DNA from: Chrysomallon squamiferum | Taxonomy: Eukaryota > Animalia > Mollusca | Length of the DNA stretch: 64,000 nucleotides | Direction: 5' to 3' | Assembly: GCA_012295275.1 (NCBI GenBank) | Contig: CM022670.1 | Location: 23,374,001 to 23,438,000 of the forward strand | Shown: positions 27,373 to 43,018 of the stretch, in pieces | Position numbering within the stretch: position 1 is the first letter of the stretch | How the letters are laid out: each line of letters starts with the position of its first letter | Program-made: the position numbers and the translations under genes | Notes under the pieces: generated by a model | The model's database searches: none | Seen by the model: only the letters and a program-made list of their open reading frames with translations | What the model was told of the DNA's origin: nothing

Positions 27373-28777
27373 AACTTGAATCTGTTCTCGTAAAATTCTG
27401 TAATAAATATTTTTTTGGTAATAATACTGCTTTATTGTTATTATTTCTACATTTCCATTTGCTTTTCTTTTTTCAACGGAATACAGTATCAAACTTAATA
27501 ATGGATTTCATAGGAATTTTTAAATGTTATTTTTTTTTTTTCGTTTCATTTATGTAATTAAAAATACCATAAAAATTAGCCCAGCATGTTTCTTATTTAA
27601 AAAATCAACAAAAGACATTATTACGATCTTCTAGGGAGTTAAACGGAAAGAAGGATTCGTATCTTGTGTGTTTATGGACAAAACTGATATCGTAAATGAC
27701 ACAGCATGGTCTTTTCTCTTTTTTTCTTCTCTTTACTTGAAATAAACGTCATTTTTCTGCTTTTACGATCTCAGCTTGAAAAGACGTATGTGATCCATTA
27801 TACTGCTTAGGTTTGATGCCTGCTTTCCCCAGGCTACGTTGCATGGAATCAAGGAATGTGTTTTAATGTAATTAGAGAAAAAGAATGGATTGTCAGTGGC
27901 ATTATGGATGTGTGCTTCCAATTTGCATGGGAAAGGAAGCACCTGTTGGTTACACCCATTTAAATGACGGCCATAATGGTCCAGTGTATTAATGCGCCTG
28001 GGAGATAATGAGAAAATTACAGAGAATTAGTTCAGAATTCTGTAAAAATAAGACAATCCTGCTCTGATTGATTGGCTAAGGGAAGAAGGACATGCTATAA
28101 GTTACGACGAAACGACACAGTACTTTTTTTTTTGTTTGTTTGTTTTCAGTAGGTAGGTCTGTAGACGTCAATAAAAATCTGTTTGTTTGGCTCGAATTCC
28201 AAGTTAATGGTCGTATTCACTGCGCGATGAAAAATAACATAATGAAAATAATTGCTTAATTTTGAGTTTAGTTTACTATTATTATGTCTAAAAACTTGAT
28301 GGATTTTCGAACCTAACGTAACAAATGCATTACACTTATGTGTGTGCGTGTGTGTGCGCGTGCGTGTATTTGAATAAACCTATTAAGCATAAACTTAACT
28401 TTGTTATCAACTAATTAATGTAGCTTCCTCTCTCCTATGCATTTCAACCCATCTCAGCAAAAAAAAAGTTTAAAAAAAAAAAGTTATTTTAATGGAGAGT
28501 CATTAACTCTGATAAAACGAAAGCTCACTTTAATTGATTTTATTGCTAGATTCACCGCTAAATGCACTCTTACTTGGTCTTGTTACGTGAACGTGCATGT
28601 GAAACAGTCAAAAATAATTTTGATTAACTTAAGTGAGATATAAACTAAATTATTTCTTGGTCTTGATCTATTAATTATATCAGAAAAAAATATTGTTTAG
28701 TTTAAAATTTCAACCAGTCATTAATTTTTTTTTTTTATCCTACTTTATGTTAGGCTGTACGTATTAATACACAGATA

Positions 28778-28780
<3 letters not shown>

Positions 28781-28811
<31 letters not shown>
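28781..28811. repeat. (AC)n microsatellite
   Basis: Pure ac run. Confidence 0.9.
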
Positions 28812-28815
<4 letters not shown>

Positions 28816-29904
28816 GTCACGAACATACTGATAAACATAAGCGATGTCAAAGATAAACTGTTCAACTTAGATAAGATGCCAACAATTTTAATGTGTTCTT
28901 TCACCAGTTCCGGTTTAGTCATCGTTTTCGTTTTAAGCTATCTCATTTATTTATGTTCTTTTCATCACTGTTTCTATTTATGGAAAGAGATTCAACAATT
29001 TTACATCACAGTCATTAATTCTCTGAAGTGTACTTATCGTGGTTTCAACAAAAATCCACATTAGACTGAGCCGGTTAAAATAAGCAGAAGAAGATGATGT
29101 TGAAGTAGAAGAAGAAGAAGAAGAAGAAAATGATTTTGTATGGTAATCAATTCTTCACCAACACAAACTGAAACGATTTAATACAAGGATTCGGATTTAG
29201 TTTTGATAGCACTGCAGTATTTTGTTCTAAAAACTGAAACACATATACCTTTAAACAAAAATACACACACTCATACACACACCATACTATAGACATCAAT
29301 AAACAATCATTTAGGTCACTGTTTTTTAAGCAAAATATTTTGTAAACAAAATAATGAAACAAATGAGAAAAAAAGACAACAAAAACAAACAAAGCCAGAA
29401 AAATCTCTTTAAAAATAAAAGTCGGTTACAGTTTAATCAATATCTGTATTTATAGTTCTACCGTTTTCATACAAATTGTGTAGTCTGATGGCGCCTTTAA
29501 AAAAATTTGGACTAAAAACTCATTTGATTTGTCCACGGGCAGTGAAGTACAATATGTCTTCACCATCTCTCCGGCAGTGAGGCTTGTATCTTCTCCAAAG
29601 TCCATTTACCTCTGGGTTAACGTAAGGTTTCTTCCGAAGACCTTTTTTTATTCTATTTCTGTGAATTGGGAACAAAGCCCCTGGATATAACAACACTCAT
29701 AACATCTTTTCAGTTTTTCTCGTCTCAGATAAGAATCATTACAGGAGATGATGTGGTCGTAATGAACTTGTTCAAACCAATCCGCAACAAATGGCAACAG
29801 GAAGCTGTTGAAGGTGGATAATTAGAATGAAAAATTATACATGGCTGTTCAGAAATCTTTTGCAACAAGCGTTTATTTTTTTATTTTTTTATTTTTTGTT
29901 TTTT

Positions 29905-29945
<41 letters not shown>

Positions 29946-31835
29946 CATTTTTCATTTTTTCGTTGTTTTTTTAATGAATAATAACGATTTACGACATAAT
30001 ATGATTCACCTTGTTCGAGCAAATGTTTCACAGATGTTTTATTGACCAATATAAAGATTCGTGTCAGGCATCTTAGATTCACCTTAGATTCACCTTTGTG
30101 TATGCGCATGCACGTACAGTTACCATAAACACGTATATACACCTTTAAAATACATATTATGGTTTTTTTTATTATCATATTACAATTTCAGAAGCGAAAT
30201 TAACTAATTTTTTGTTTATATCTATGTTTAGATGACAAGCGTATTTCTCTGTCTCTCTTTCTCTCGATTTGTCAATCTCTAATTCTCTATCTCTCCCTAA
30301 CCCCTCTCTCTCTCTCTCTAATTCTCGTTTAGCCTCTCTATTACTTACATTCTATCAATAGATTCATTAACTTATCCACCTCTTTCTTTTCATTTAATGA
30401 CACTATTCTCTCACACACTTTCTCGCTATCATTTTGTATAACTTTATTAGTTCGCGACTGTTTTTTCCGTGTAGAGAATCGTGACAGATAATGATTTTCT
30501 AATTAACATACACACAGTGAATCCTACGTCAATATACTATGAGTTTTAAAAAATATGTTATATAGAAAATAATCAGTTTAACAGATTCCGTCTAACAGAT
30601 ATTGGTATTTTGGAGAAGAAGACCACCAAGAATATCCACATTATATTTCACAACACCGGTTTGTCCAGCACTAATTAAATGTTATCACAGCACGTAATTT
30701 GGATGTCTTCAAAGTTAAAACCAGAGCATTTTGCGTGATTCCTCCATTTAGATTTAATATAGCAATTAATTCGGAAAGACGGTCTTGCATGCTTCCACAG
30801 AGGAAATGAAACATCAAGTGTACTATTTTCTTCTGGACATAAGCGTGATCTAAGGGAATCTAAGTAGGGCGTCTATTCAGAATAGAAATTGTCCATTCGC
30901 ATGATGGTGGACACGAATTCAATTAGCTGCAAAACATCTTCAATAGCTATCTTTTCTTCTGATGCTAAAATGTATGATGAAGAGTTGTTTTTTGTTTCTT
31001 TTTAAACACAGTCTCTGAGTCTCAGAAAGAAGCTAGTAAATAACATGGACAAAAATAATAATGGTGATAGGATGTTTTATAAATCTAGTTCTTGAAGACC
31101 TTATGATTATGTTAATGAGTTTGCATGTGAGACAGAAGATTCGGCTTAATGGCCAGAATTTTCTGAACGCTTTTTTCTTTTTTTCTTTTTCTTTTTTTTC
31201 TTCTTATTCTTCTTTTTATTATTATTATTAATTTATTTATTTATAAATTTATAATTTTTTTTATTATGAGCAAGACATCGTATTTAGCTAAATAGACTTT
31301 TAAATATTTTGGATGCTGGTTACGGATTCTTGTTGATGATGGATAGATTCACCACTGTTCTGTTTGTTTTGATCTCCAGCTACGCGTAGTGGCTTTCTGA
31401 GACAGTAATAACGCACAAGACAAACATAATTCTAAAGTATGTTCACTAGTGACTGGTATGCACAATAAAAAATTTCCAAAATTACTGAATTGCACTGAAC
31501 GTTGCTCAGTGATTTTAATGGTTAGAAAAAAATAATGTTATAACTTATAAAATTGCAACAAAATAATAATCTTTAAACGCTAATAATTATAAATATTCTT
31601 GAAATAAGAACAACAACAATAATAATATTAATAACAATAATAATAATAACAACAGCAGCAGCAGCAACAACAACAACAAAAAAAATAATAAAATAAAATT
31701 TGTAGCCAACAAATAGGAGTAACAGAACACACAATGATGAAACGTGATAAACACAAATAATTAATAATAATTCTTTCGATAACAAAAACATAATAATTAA
31801 ATCTGATAAACACCAATAATTATCATCATGCGAGC

Positions 31836-31895
<60 letters not shown>
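31836..31895. repeat. (AAT)n microsatellite
   Basis: Pure aat run. Confidence 0.95.
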
Positions 31896-31897
<2 letters not shown>

Positions 31898-33826
31898 GAT
31901 AAACACAAATATAATTACAGTACAAAACAAGCGAATCGACTGGAGAGCTGCGGCATTCACAACAGATTTGTGATGAGTTTTTCTCTGACTCTGTCTTTAA
32001 TTGGCGCGGGCAATTCCTCGTGTTGCTCTTTGGTGCGTGAACAGATCATCAACGAGCAACATTAAAAAAATGAAAAAATATAATTATATATGACAGTTTT
32101 ATCGACCGGCTCGGTGAAGTTATGTTCGGAGTCGCGATCCAGACACGTCGGGTCAGTGGAGAACGCAGAGCGGACTACCAATAAGCTGATCTACATTGAT
32201 TCGTTCAAACGAAATTTCATGCCGAACAGCGAGTGATGAATTTTCGTCATTACAAGACTCAACATAATTCTAACGCCGAGACTCCTTTGACAAAACTGGG
32301 CGCTGCCATCATAAAAATAAACAAATAAATAATAATAATAATGAAGACAAAAATAAATAAATAATAATAATAAATAAATCAAAAAAATAAAATTTACAAA
32401 ATTAATAATAAAGTTTGCATCATAATTTTTTTTTTTTTTTTTTTTTTCATGAAATGAGCGATTAGATGAATCACTCATTGAACTAATGTACAAACTAATG
32501 AACGGATTGTGACTCGTTTATTCGATACTTACGAATAGCTGAAGGATTTAAGAACCAGTAAGTGTTGTGAAGAAAGAAGCGAACGGATCAAGGCAGAGAT
32601 GGATGGATGGATGGATGCTTTTTTAATAGTACTATTTTAAAATTAAAATCACATATATTTTTATTTGTTGCCATTGTTAACTCATCTGTACTGGAGAACA
32701 TGTGTAACATCGAATTAATTTTATCGTTAACGGCTCGTGCAGCTGGAGAATTCTTCTTCTTCTTCTTGTTTTTTTTGTTTAATGTTTGATATCACAGTCA
32801 ATGTTACATAACTCTGTTGTGGTTGGTTTGATTTTTAAATCTTTTTTTTTTTTTTTTTTTTTTTTTTAATAACGTATTAGTAAAATTTTAATTCATTATA
32901 TTTTACAAAAAAGGTAAATTAACAAGATCTCACAATACGACAAGTGAGTGTAAAATCAACAGTCAGCTAACCACCAGTACTGTTACTGTTTTCATATAAC
33001 GTCAGAGACGAAGCACGCTTCGGTAAATTCTGAAGCTTGATCTATCGATCACTACTAAAGAATATTATATTTGCATTTGCCCAGAGAGACTTTAACACAC
33101 TAAATCCTTCGAAAAAAAAAAAAAAAAAAAAAGATACTCTTCGCCTCAGGCGCAGTATTTGTCTTCAGCAAGGCGACAGGTGAAATCTGTCAGATGAATG
33201 ATAGTGAATGAAAATTGCAGTTTCTGATTTTCCTTGACAGACACCATCCGATATGTGACAGGTGATTTTCCGTATCGGAAGTCGAAATCGGGAAGGGTAA
33301 TGTTAACAGATGACATACATGACCGAGTCTACAAATCTTACGGTGTCATTACTGTTATACTATGAGCTGTTAGTAGCAACAATGATCAGAGCAAACAGTA
33401 AATAGTACAATATATGAACAGATACACGTACAGTAACGATACGCGAAAGACGTGGTTTGGTTTAATTATTGGTATGATTACGTTTGGTTGCTTTTTCTGT
33501 TTCGTTTTATTGCTGGTTATTTGCTTTGCTATGGTTTCCTTCTTTGATGTTATTCATTTTTTTTTAAATTATTTTTATTATACATAGAATATAATATTTT
33601 TGGGCTTGACGTTAATTATTTCGATTTGAATGGATAATGACTGCATAGTTCAGACGTGGGAAACTAAGAGGAATGACTATTTCTTAAATCAGAACGTTGC
33701 TGTTACGAAAGATCGTATTATCATGAAAAAATTTTAATGTGATCTAAAATATGATAATAAGAACAGAATTATTTAAATTGAAATGCTAAATATCATTTGA
33801 GCAAATGATATCAGAAGACGATAGCA

Positions 33827-33870
<44 letters not shown>
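33827..33870. repeat. (AAT)n microsatellite
   Basis: Pure aat run. Confidence 0.9.
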
Positions 33871-33875
<5 letters not shown>

Positions 33876-34681
33876 GAATAACAAATATGTTGTGTTTTCT
33901 TTGTTATTGTTTTTTTTTTTTTTTGTCTTTTTTATTTTGAATTTTTTTTATTTTTTTATTCTAATGGGAAATTTATTTTAAATATTTCTTTCTTTATAAA
34001 TTACTGCACATAAAAAAAAGAAGAAGAAAAGAAAACAGCCCGTTCTGACAAGACAAAATCAATACATAGCACTGCACTGATGATTTGTGAATGCCACCTG
34101 CGCATGCCCATAAGATTTTGAATTGAAGCAAGGTTGTCCTAACAAATGTTTCCAATTACTAAACAGCAGCAATTTGCCTGCAAGTGTATCCGCCTGTATT
34201 GGAAGGGCTTCGAGCACTCTCAGAAAAATAATGATCTCTGTTGACGTTAAAGATTACTTTTAGCTTGAAAGGAAATGTCCTCTGATTATGCTTACGGGAA
34301 ATGAGTACAGTGCTCTTGTGTTTTTGTTTTTCTCATGCAAAATCAATTGATTGAATCTTCGAAGCTAAATTTCTCATGTTCAAAGTCTTCCATTTCCCCC
34401 AAACCAGATTTTAATAGCTCTTTAATGCACCGACCTTTCTTCTTCTGTAGATGCTGGTAAATGTTTGGCTCGCGTAAGAAGTCTCCACGATACTTACCTC
34501 GACATCAACAGCATTTCGTCCAGTAATGATTTAATCTTCAGTTGCAGTGCCGTGACACACTTACACAGGACTTTGTTTAGACAACAATTTTACCTAAGAC
34601 AAATTCTTAGTTTCAGCCTTTATACTGCTTTTCAAAATCTGCCACCAATTACTGTTCACGTGAACTTGAACTTTTCGAAAA

Positions 34682-34685
<4 letters not shown>

Positions 34686-34769
<84 letters not shown>
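34686..34769. repeat. (CT)n microsatellite
   Basis: Pure ct run. Confidence 0.95.
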
Positions 34770-34775
<6 letters not shown>

Positions 34776-35491
34776 ATTAGACCAACCGTTAGAAAGTATA
34801 TTGCGTATAAGATGACTATTTGTGTCTTCGTAAGTTTAAAACATGAATTATTTTTTATTTTCGTTGGAACATGTAATATATATTTTAACAGTGTAAAGAT
34901 GTTATTCAAGTTATTTAAGTTTTGAAATTAATGGTTATTGAAAATGATATTACCAGCAACTTAAAAGCACATTATTTTACACTGTACTAAGGAACGGGTG
35001 CATCGCTGTAATTTCAAGCTCTTATTAATCTGCTTTGATTTCCAGTCAAAGTCTCGGTCGTCTTGATAGACGGAAGTGTGAAAGCGACCTCTGGTGATTT
35101 ATTGACGGTAATGTCCCGGGTTACAATTTATGATTCTGTCTATACAGGGGTTAAAAGTTGTAGATAACTGTCAAATTGCACGTGCACTAATTCGCTTGGT
35201 TTCGTATATTAATCCTTTGGTTTCATGAATTATGAATAGCGCACGTGCTGTATGTCATAAATTAATTATGAAAGATACGCGAAATTCAGCGTACTGAATG
35301 GGAAATATATTTATGCAGATCAGCTGAATTCTCTTCTTATTAATAATTCTCAGAAACACTTTCAGTAATCGTTACACGTGAGTTAAATATAGAGGAATAG
35401 CGCATAAACTATCAACCAATCTTTCGATTTATAATGAACATTCATCATTCGTGTGAGACTGTTTATGTGTATATTATTGTATTAATTTTGA

Positions 35492-35494
<3 letters not shown>

Positions 35495-35568
<74 letters not shown>

Positions 35569-35595
35569 AATAAATAAATAAATAAATAAATAAAT
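35495..35595. repeat. Compound (CT)n(TAAA)n microsatellite
   Basis: ct run directly followed by taaa repeats. Confidence 0.95.
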
Positions 35596-36981
35596 CAGAG
35601 TTTATTCTAAATATTGTTGTTTAAAAACAAGAAAAATAAAGACCCATATATTTTTAATCTTTTTAATTCTGCCGTTCATAACATGTACGTATGTGTGTTG
35701 GTGTAACTTGATCACTTATTCATAGCTTTGCTGTATTAAATTAAGAATAATATTACGTCTTGGTTACGAACAGAGTTTAACCTTTCTTTCTTTTGCATGA
35801 AACACCTAACGTCAGCTAAAATGAGTTATCTCCCTTCTAAGAATTGTGAGGGTTTTTTAGTTTTTTTTGACCCGAAACGAACTCCATACATTTTTCTTTC
35901 ATAATCTACAGGGAGCAAGCGGTAATTTCAGTGGAACTACTTATAACGACTCTTCCGCGATTGGAAACATAAATCAAATAATTTATTGCTCTTTATTGGC
36001 CTGCCCTGGTGTTAACTGTCGTCTTCGTAACATAAATTGTGCCTCTTTGGGAGTCCGCTGCCGATACCATGCTCAAAATGTTTTATTCCTTGCCAATACT
36101 CAACGGGATAATTAAGCCAGTGATCGGTTAATCGAAATGTTTAATATGCAGCCCGGTCAATTGACACTTGATGATTTTGCACACAATGTATGCGAATTTC
36201 ATTGCAGCTGGATTTAATGTCGACAGAACATTACTGAACCTCGTCTGCCGAGGTACATATAAAAGTTAAGAAGGATGTGTGATAAAAGAACACACGAAAA
36301 TAAAACATATTGTATAGTTTATATTATAAACAGTTTCAACCTTTATTTATAAACATTATATTTAAAGAAAAAAAATTCATTACATAGTATATAGTAATAC
36401 TACATGGACACGTGTAAATAATATTTATTTTTATATTATGTATTTATTTTATCTTTCATCTGTTTTACGTTTTATTTTTTTTTTTTTAAAGGAAAAAAAA
36501 AGGACCTAAAGACAACACAACAGACTGAGTACTTTAATGAAATTACGTTTTATTCACTAGACAAGCGAGTATTCAGGAAAGCTTGCACAATTAACAAGAT
36601 CGCTGCGTCTATCCTTTTTAGCTTTGTGCGCAGTGTTGTTGTCATTACCTGTTTTAAAGATAAAACACTGTGTGGCATGAAAGATAAAATAACTGCATAA
36701 AAATACACCACTGGTCTTATTACTGTACATATTATAGCACAATGCAGTAATGAAAATGCCACTGTATATCACAAATTGTTGTTTCGCCAGGAATTACAAA
36801 TTAATGTTAAATCTGTGCATTTAAGGATTTTTCAAACAAAGGACAAAATGATACTTAGAAATATTTAAACACAAAATTTACAGCTAAAGTGATCGATATA
36901 TCGTTTTTCCACCTCATAATGAAAGATTTTTTGTAAAATATATCTGTAACAAGAAACAAAGAATAAAAATAAGAGTAAAAA

Positions 36982-37012
<31 letters not shown>

Positions 37013-37487
37013 CGAAACGAAATTAAGATAATATTTAGAGCCTGAGCAGATAATATATGTAATCTGAGAACAAAATCAAAGTTAATTTTAGCCATATTAA
37101 ATTCTAGGCAAAACACAGTGTTATTACATCTACCGAGGACAAAACCTAACTCGACTCCCCTTCCTAAGCCTTGTGGAACAGCCCCGTGGGTCAAAAGAAG
37201 AACATGCAAGCCATTAATCTAAAGGTTGCAACGTTCCCGTTGTCTGAGTGTTTTAGTCTCCTTGGAGATTCCATTCCGTAATTAGCTCAGTGCAATTTGT
37301 AATTCCATTCGATAGTCGATGATATTATCAGTACCGTTGTCCCCATACCGTGATGGATCCTTTCGAACAAGATGGGCAGAGGTTAATGTTAGTATGGCAA
37401 TTTGTCTTGTCGTAGTATCCAAGGAAAATGACCGTCAGACGTTATTATCACACTGTTCAGTTTAATATTTTTTCAACAGTAGTTGGA

Positions 37488-37540
<53 letters not shown>

Positions 37541-37633
37541 GATCATCATCAGCATCATCATCATTATTTCGATACTGTCGCTGGCATTACTATTGTCTTA
37601 CAGTTCATTATGTGCAGAAAACGATCGTACCTG

Positions 37634-37724
<91 letters not shown>

Positions 37725-37820
37725 CATATTTCTTTCTACACGTCTGCAAATCTGTATGTCTGTCTGTCAGTCTCTCTATCCGTCCGTCTGTCTGTTTATC
37801 TGTCTGTCTATTTATCACTC
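37488..37820. repeat. (ATT)n, (CT)n and degenerate (TCTG)n cluster
   Basis: att run at 37488-37540, ct run at 37637-37719 and a tctg/tcta tract after it. Confidence 0.9.
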
Positions 37821-38600
37821 TATTTTGTTTGTTTTTTTCAACAACATAAATTGTAACAAACATCTTTTTGCGTTAAACACTTAAATAGATGACCTCATCC
37901 ACATGATCTCATGATACAGAAACTAGGTGCGGTAACAATCAGTCGAGCAAACACGTGAACAGGAACAAAGGAGGCCAGAGATGATTTAGCGAATTTGCGT
38001 CATTGCCTACCGAAATGGAAATGTGAAAATAGACGTATGTAATATAATGTATTTGTCAATATCCGCTAATAAAGCTGCACGTATATGAATACTTGAAACG
38101 CTTAACACACTCAGAAATTCTACAAATACTCTACATTTGTGCCTGGAAAACTTTCTTTAAAATCATTTTAATGAGGCTATTAATACGAAGACAGTGTATT
38201 TAGTGTTTCTATTTACTCCGACAAGCAAACATTTAATCACATCAAAATACGCCTTCAGATTCATTAATATGTTTTGTTTTGTCTGGCTGTGTGTTAGATG
38301 TCGTCGTTTTTTCCTTTTATTTCTTTTCATTTTGGGACTTTTTATTGATTGATATAATTCTTTTTTTTTTTTCTTTTTTTTTTATTTAAATTTTTTTTTC
38401 TTTCCATTTATTTAATTTCTTTCTCTTTTTTCACTTTCTATTTTCATAAATATATATATAAAGCTTCTATTCTGGTTTGTTTTAATTTTTTCCAGTATTT
38501 AACGCGTCGAAATAAATTACATTTTGAACAAACGCAGAGCACTCTGAAGCTTTCTAAGACCCGTAGTTATATCTGTAACTTCTAAAATCCTGATGTCTTT

Positions 38601-38636
<36 letters not shown>

Positions 38637-40137
38637 CCTCTCAGAGTTGACGGCATTGATTCGAACAAACATCTTATGCAGAAATGAAAAACATAGGCGC
38701 CATTGCAATCTGCAAATTATGCATAGCATTAGCGGCGCATGCGTTTGCCTCGGTGTAAAATTGTTTAAAGCAAAAATTTTATGATTTCAATCGAAGCTTC
38801 AGTGTTCCCGATCGTTTAATTTTAACCGACTCAGCGAAGATGAATCAATCTCTGGCCATTGTTAGCAGACAAGAGAAAATAACATTCTAATTACTTCATT
38901 TGTCCTGTCTCATATTTGACAACATCAGAAGCCTTGCTCAACAATGAGAACCATTCAAAGCAGCAGCCCGATATTAACATCGGAAGAAATTTCAAGGAGC
39001 AAACCCTGATTAAACTCCCCTGTGTAAGCTCTCTTTTTTTTTTTTTTTTTTTTTTTTTTTCACGGGAGTGAGGAATCACCACCACAGCTCAGCTACGTTT
39101 CGTAACATAAAGACGATAACGTTGCCACTTGATGAACACCGCGTTCGGCTGTATTCGCCGCATTAGAAATGAAAGAAACTGGAGATTTGAAATTAGCCCG
39201 CTGTGGACGCTAACACAGATGAGTCATAATGAAAATCTACTGACGAAATCAAAAAAATTAAAAAATAAAACTCACCAAAAACACAAGGTGTCGGCAATTA
39301 TAACTGGCATACGATAGCTGTACGAGATGTTAAACTGCAGCTGTAGGTTTGTGTGTGAGCGAATTTCTCGTGAGAATTCTTAAAGCTAGAAACTACTGGT
39401 GACTGACAGTTCTGACCAGTCTCGTAGAGAGAGAAACGAACAGACGCAAAAAATTATGTTCATGATCGTATTTAGGAACTAAATATGTTCTTAAAAACAA
39501 TGCAATACTATTCAGTGGATAAAATTAAAAATATAGTTTAATCATTAAACCTTTTGTTATTTATTTGGATTTTGGATTTTTTTTTATTTAATTTTTTTGT
39601 ATTTTGTTTTTTTTGTTGTTTTTTTTTTTTGTTCGTTTTGGTTTTTTTTTTTTTGTTTTTTTGATTTTTTTTTTTTTTTTTTTCAGAACCCTGCATGATA
39701 ATTCTGTTTGTGTCACTGCCCAAAGAATGTTGTTTTAAAGATCATGAAATTATTTATTTATTTAACTTTTTTATTATTATTATGTTTTTTAATATAATAA
39801 TTATATTGTTGATGTTATCTGTTTTAAGTATTCGTGGTTTAAAACTTCTTTCTATTAAAAATGATCATATAGTTGTTGTTTTATAATATTATTAGCAGAC
39901 TACAGCATCTTAGAAAAATTAACTTGCATAACATAACATGACATTTGTTTGACAAAAACTCTATACTGACATCGAACTGTTTTATTACTACAGCTTTTAA
40001 TCTTTTATCTCGTTCCAACTAGTGTCATAAGTGTTTCCCTGTCTTTGAGAAGGCGCATATAAAAATAATCCACTGTTGATTGTTTAGAGTGTCTCATGAA
40101 ATGCTAACACAGATTTAGATATTTAAATCATCAATAT

Positions 40138-40170
40138 AAAAAAAAAAAAAAAAAAAAAAAAATAAAAAAA

Positions 40171-40203
<33 letters not shown>

Positions 40204-40209
40204 AAAAAA
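40138..40209. repeat. Long poly-A tract
   Basis: About 70 nt, almost all A. Confidence 0.9.
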
Positions 40210-42285
40210 TAAGACACAAATGTCTGAAACCTAATAACCGTAATAAGAAAATGTTTAAACATAATTAGTGTTTATTATTTCCCATCAGGCAAAAGTCAAT
40301 ATGACCATTACAACATAATTATTTGTTTTCTATCTCGAAATATATTTGGTTATTTATTCTTCTTATTTTCTTGCTTTCTTTCTTACTTTCTTTCCTATTT
40401 TTTATTTTTATTTTTTATTTTTTTTTTTTTTTAAATAAATAAATCCATATATGCTAGTAAGAGTTTGAAATATATACGAGAATTAATTCAATATGGCTAA
40501 TTTTTTTTTTCTTTTTATATCCATCTGACCCTGGAAATTTAAAAATTATATTACCAAGCATCTGAGTATTTCTAAATAATGATGTGCTACTCCGATTAAA
40601 TCATAAAAAGAAATGTATAGGAATGTACGAAAGTTATGACAAAGTGCTGGCGCCATACCTAAAGAATGTAGACATTTGATACAGACTGTATTTCGCTATG
40701 ATGTGTTTTATTGAAAATAAGAACGCTCTGCAGTTGCAAATTATTCTCTATCAAACTGGAATGGCTGAACAGAAATGCCGTCAGAATGAGGTTATCTTAA
40801 ATTGTGCTAATACAGAAAGAAAAAAAAAAAAAAAATAAAGAAAAAGGGAAAAACAGATACCACGCCGAAATAGATTAGAAAAATTAAGTTAGGTTTATCT
40901 TTAAATAATTATTATGGCTGCTGCAAAAGTTTTACAATAAACTGTATAACTGCATTTTGTTTTCCACAGATTTATGTCATTATACTTTGTTCGTATGTAG
41001 AATTGTATCTATATTAATCTCTGTTTGCTTGCTGACTCTAAAGGGTCATGTGCTTACTTAAGTATATAACAAAAACATCAAAAGCGTGTACAGGGGTAAA
41101 TCTAGAATCTAGATAAACGATCTAGATAAACGGCTGATATGATAAAGATAACACATCACTCCTACGACTACAACTACTACTAATAGTAATAACGACAATA
41201 AGGATAATTTACTGCTGTGTATTTTTACACTTAGTGTAAATTATGAGTCGTCCAATTCACCAGAGATACGATCGCTTCTCAGATCTGATAACAAAATTTA
41301 GCGTTTTACGATTAATAGATTAATGAGTCACGTATTAACAGCACATCGACATGCTTTTTCATTTACAAGCCAACGCCAAACATTTTAGTCCGACAGCAAC
41401 AACAACATAAAAATAAATAAACCCAGTATTTTTATTAGACTGAAACAACGATTATGCAAGAATCAAAACATTTATCTGCGATTCCTATTCGTAAGTCTTC
41501 AGCTAGAAAATAGAACTCATGGAATTCTGGGTCCAAGAGTGTTCTTTGCGAGAAATAATACCAAAAGAGGTGACTCATGATTTTTCTTCTTTTTTTTTTT
41601 TTTTTTTTTTGTGTTTTTAATTTCAGGTTTCTACAAACATGCTTTTTTTCTGTTTTGAATCTAATCAGGCATATCCAGGAAAGGAAACTCATCAAGTGTC
41701 AAATAAACGCACATTCCCTGAGGCTAAATATCACTTGATACGAGAACAACAGCAAGAACATTTTTGAAGAAAAATGCAAATAAAAAAAAAAAAAAAAAAA
41801 AAGAAGACCGATACTGAAATACCGATGGAATCAATTTTGTCACAATATTTCTTGAAAGTAGCAACAATAATATATTTTTCTTTATTTATTGTTGTCGTCG
41901 TTATCGTTATCGTTGTTATTGTTGTTATTGCCACTGTGTTGTCTTTGCTGTGAAAATATTGTCAAGAAAAGTATTTACTGAGTCAATTCCTATTGGTTCA
42001 TGTCAAGTAAAATGCATATTGTGTATGTTAATTAATTCCGTCTAAAAATAATATTTCAGTGTTTATTTTAAATTTGTTTTTGTTTGTTTTTGTTTATTTA
42101 TTTATTATTATTCTCTTTCTCTCAAAGTTTTATTTTTGTATTATTTTTGTTCTTACTGATTTCTTTCATTTTCTTTCTTTGCTTGTTTTGGTTTAATTTC
42201 GAAATAAGTGTACATTAATAATTTTATTAATTTGTCTTAACGATGAAGGTTTTATTTTATGGCTTTTTTTATTCTTATTACTATT

Positions 42286-42325
<40 letters not shown>

Positions 42326-42499
42326 CTTCTTTAGAATAAATCACTTTTAGTGCATTCTATTTTCAGGGAATTGCTTAAAGTAATAATTGATCTTGTATGT
42401 TCGTCTGATTAGACTGTACATAGAAAGACTACACAAATTCATTCCTGCTACATACACGCAACTGTAATCGTAAATATGTATGTATCTGTGTATACGCAC

Positions 42500-42505
<6 letters not shown>

Positions 42506-42534
<29 letters not shown>

Positions 42535-43018
42535 TGTATGTATGTATGTATGTATGGATGGATGTATGTGTGGACTGTTGGCCTTCGATTTCACGGATCT
42601 CGGTTTTCCCAACTAAATCTTGAAAAATCACAAATGTTTGAATTTACCGCCTTTTCCTCTTGAAACCTAAACTTTTACGTCATTCAAGAGTCACTATGCA
42701 TCACGCAAATCCTCTCTCAACTGACATCAAAATAAGAGTAAATTTTACAGCTGAACCCATAAACAACCTAAATAAACAAACGTCACCCAACCTAGCCTAT
42801 CTTTCTCTACTCTACATTTTTCTTTACATACGCTGTATGACATTTGTTGTTGTTGTTGTTGTTGTTGTTGTTTGTCTGTATATTGTTCTTAAATTATATA
42901 GCTATTACTTATTATATCGCTATTATATAATGTTTCGGTAAATGCATGTGTGTATGCATGTGTGTATGTATGTATGTATGTATGTATGTATGCATGTATG
43001 TTTGTATGTATGTATGTT
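42506..43018. repeat. Two (GTAT)n microsatellites (42506-42555 and 42943-43018)
   Basis: gtatgtatgtat runs. Confidence 0.85.

Noticed and set aside
27234-37884. ORFs with SLSLSL or ERERER runs
   Set aside because: They are translations of (CT)n/(GA)n microsatellites.
40138-40209. Long poly-A as a retrocopy or SINE tail
   Set aside because: No recognisable element body or TSD. Poly-A/T runs are common throughout the window.
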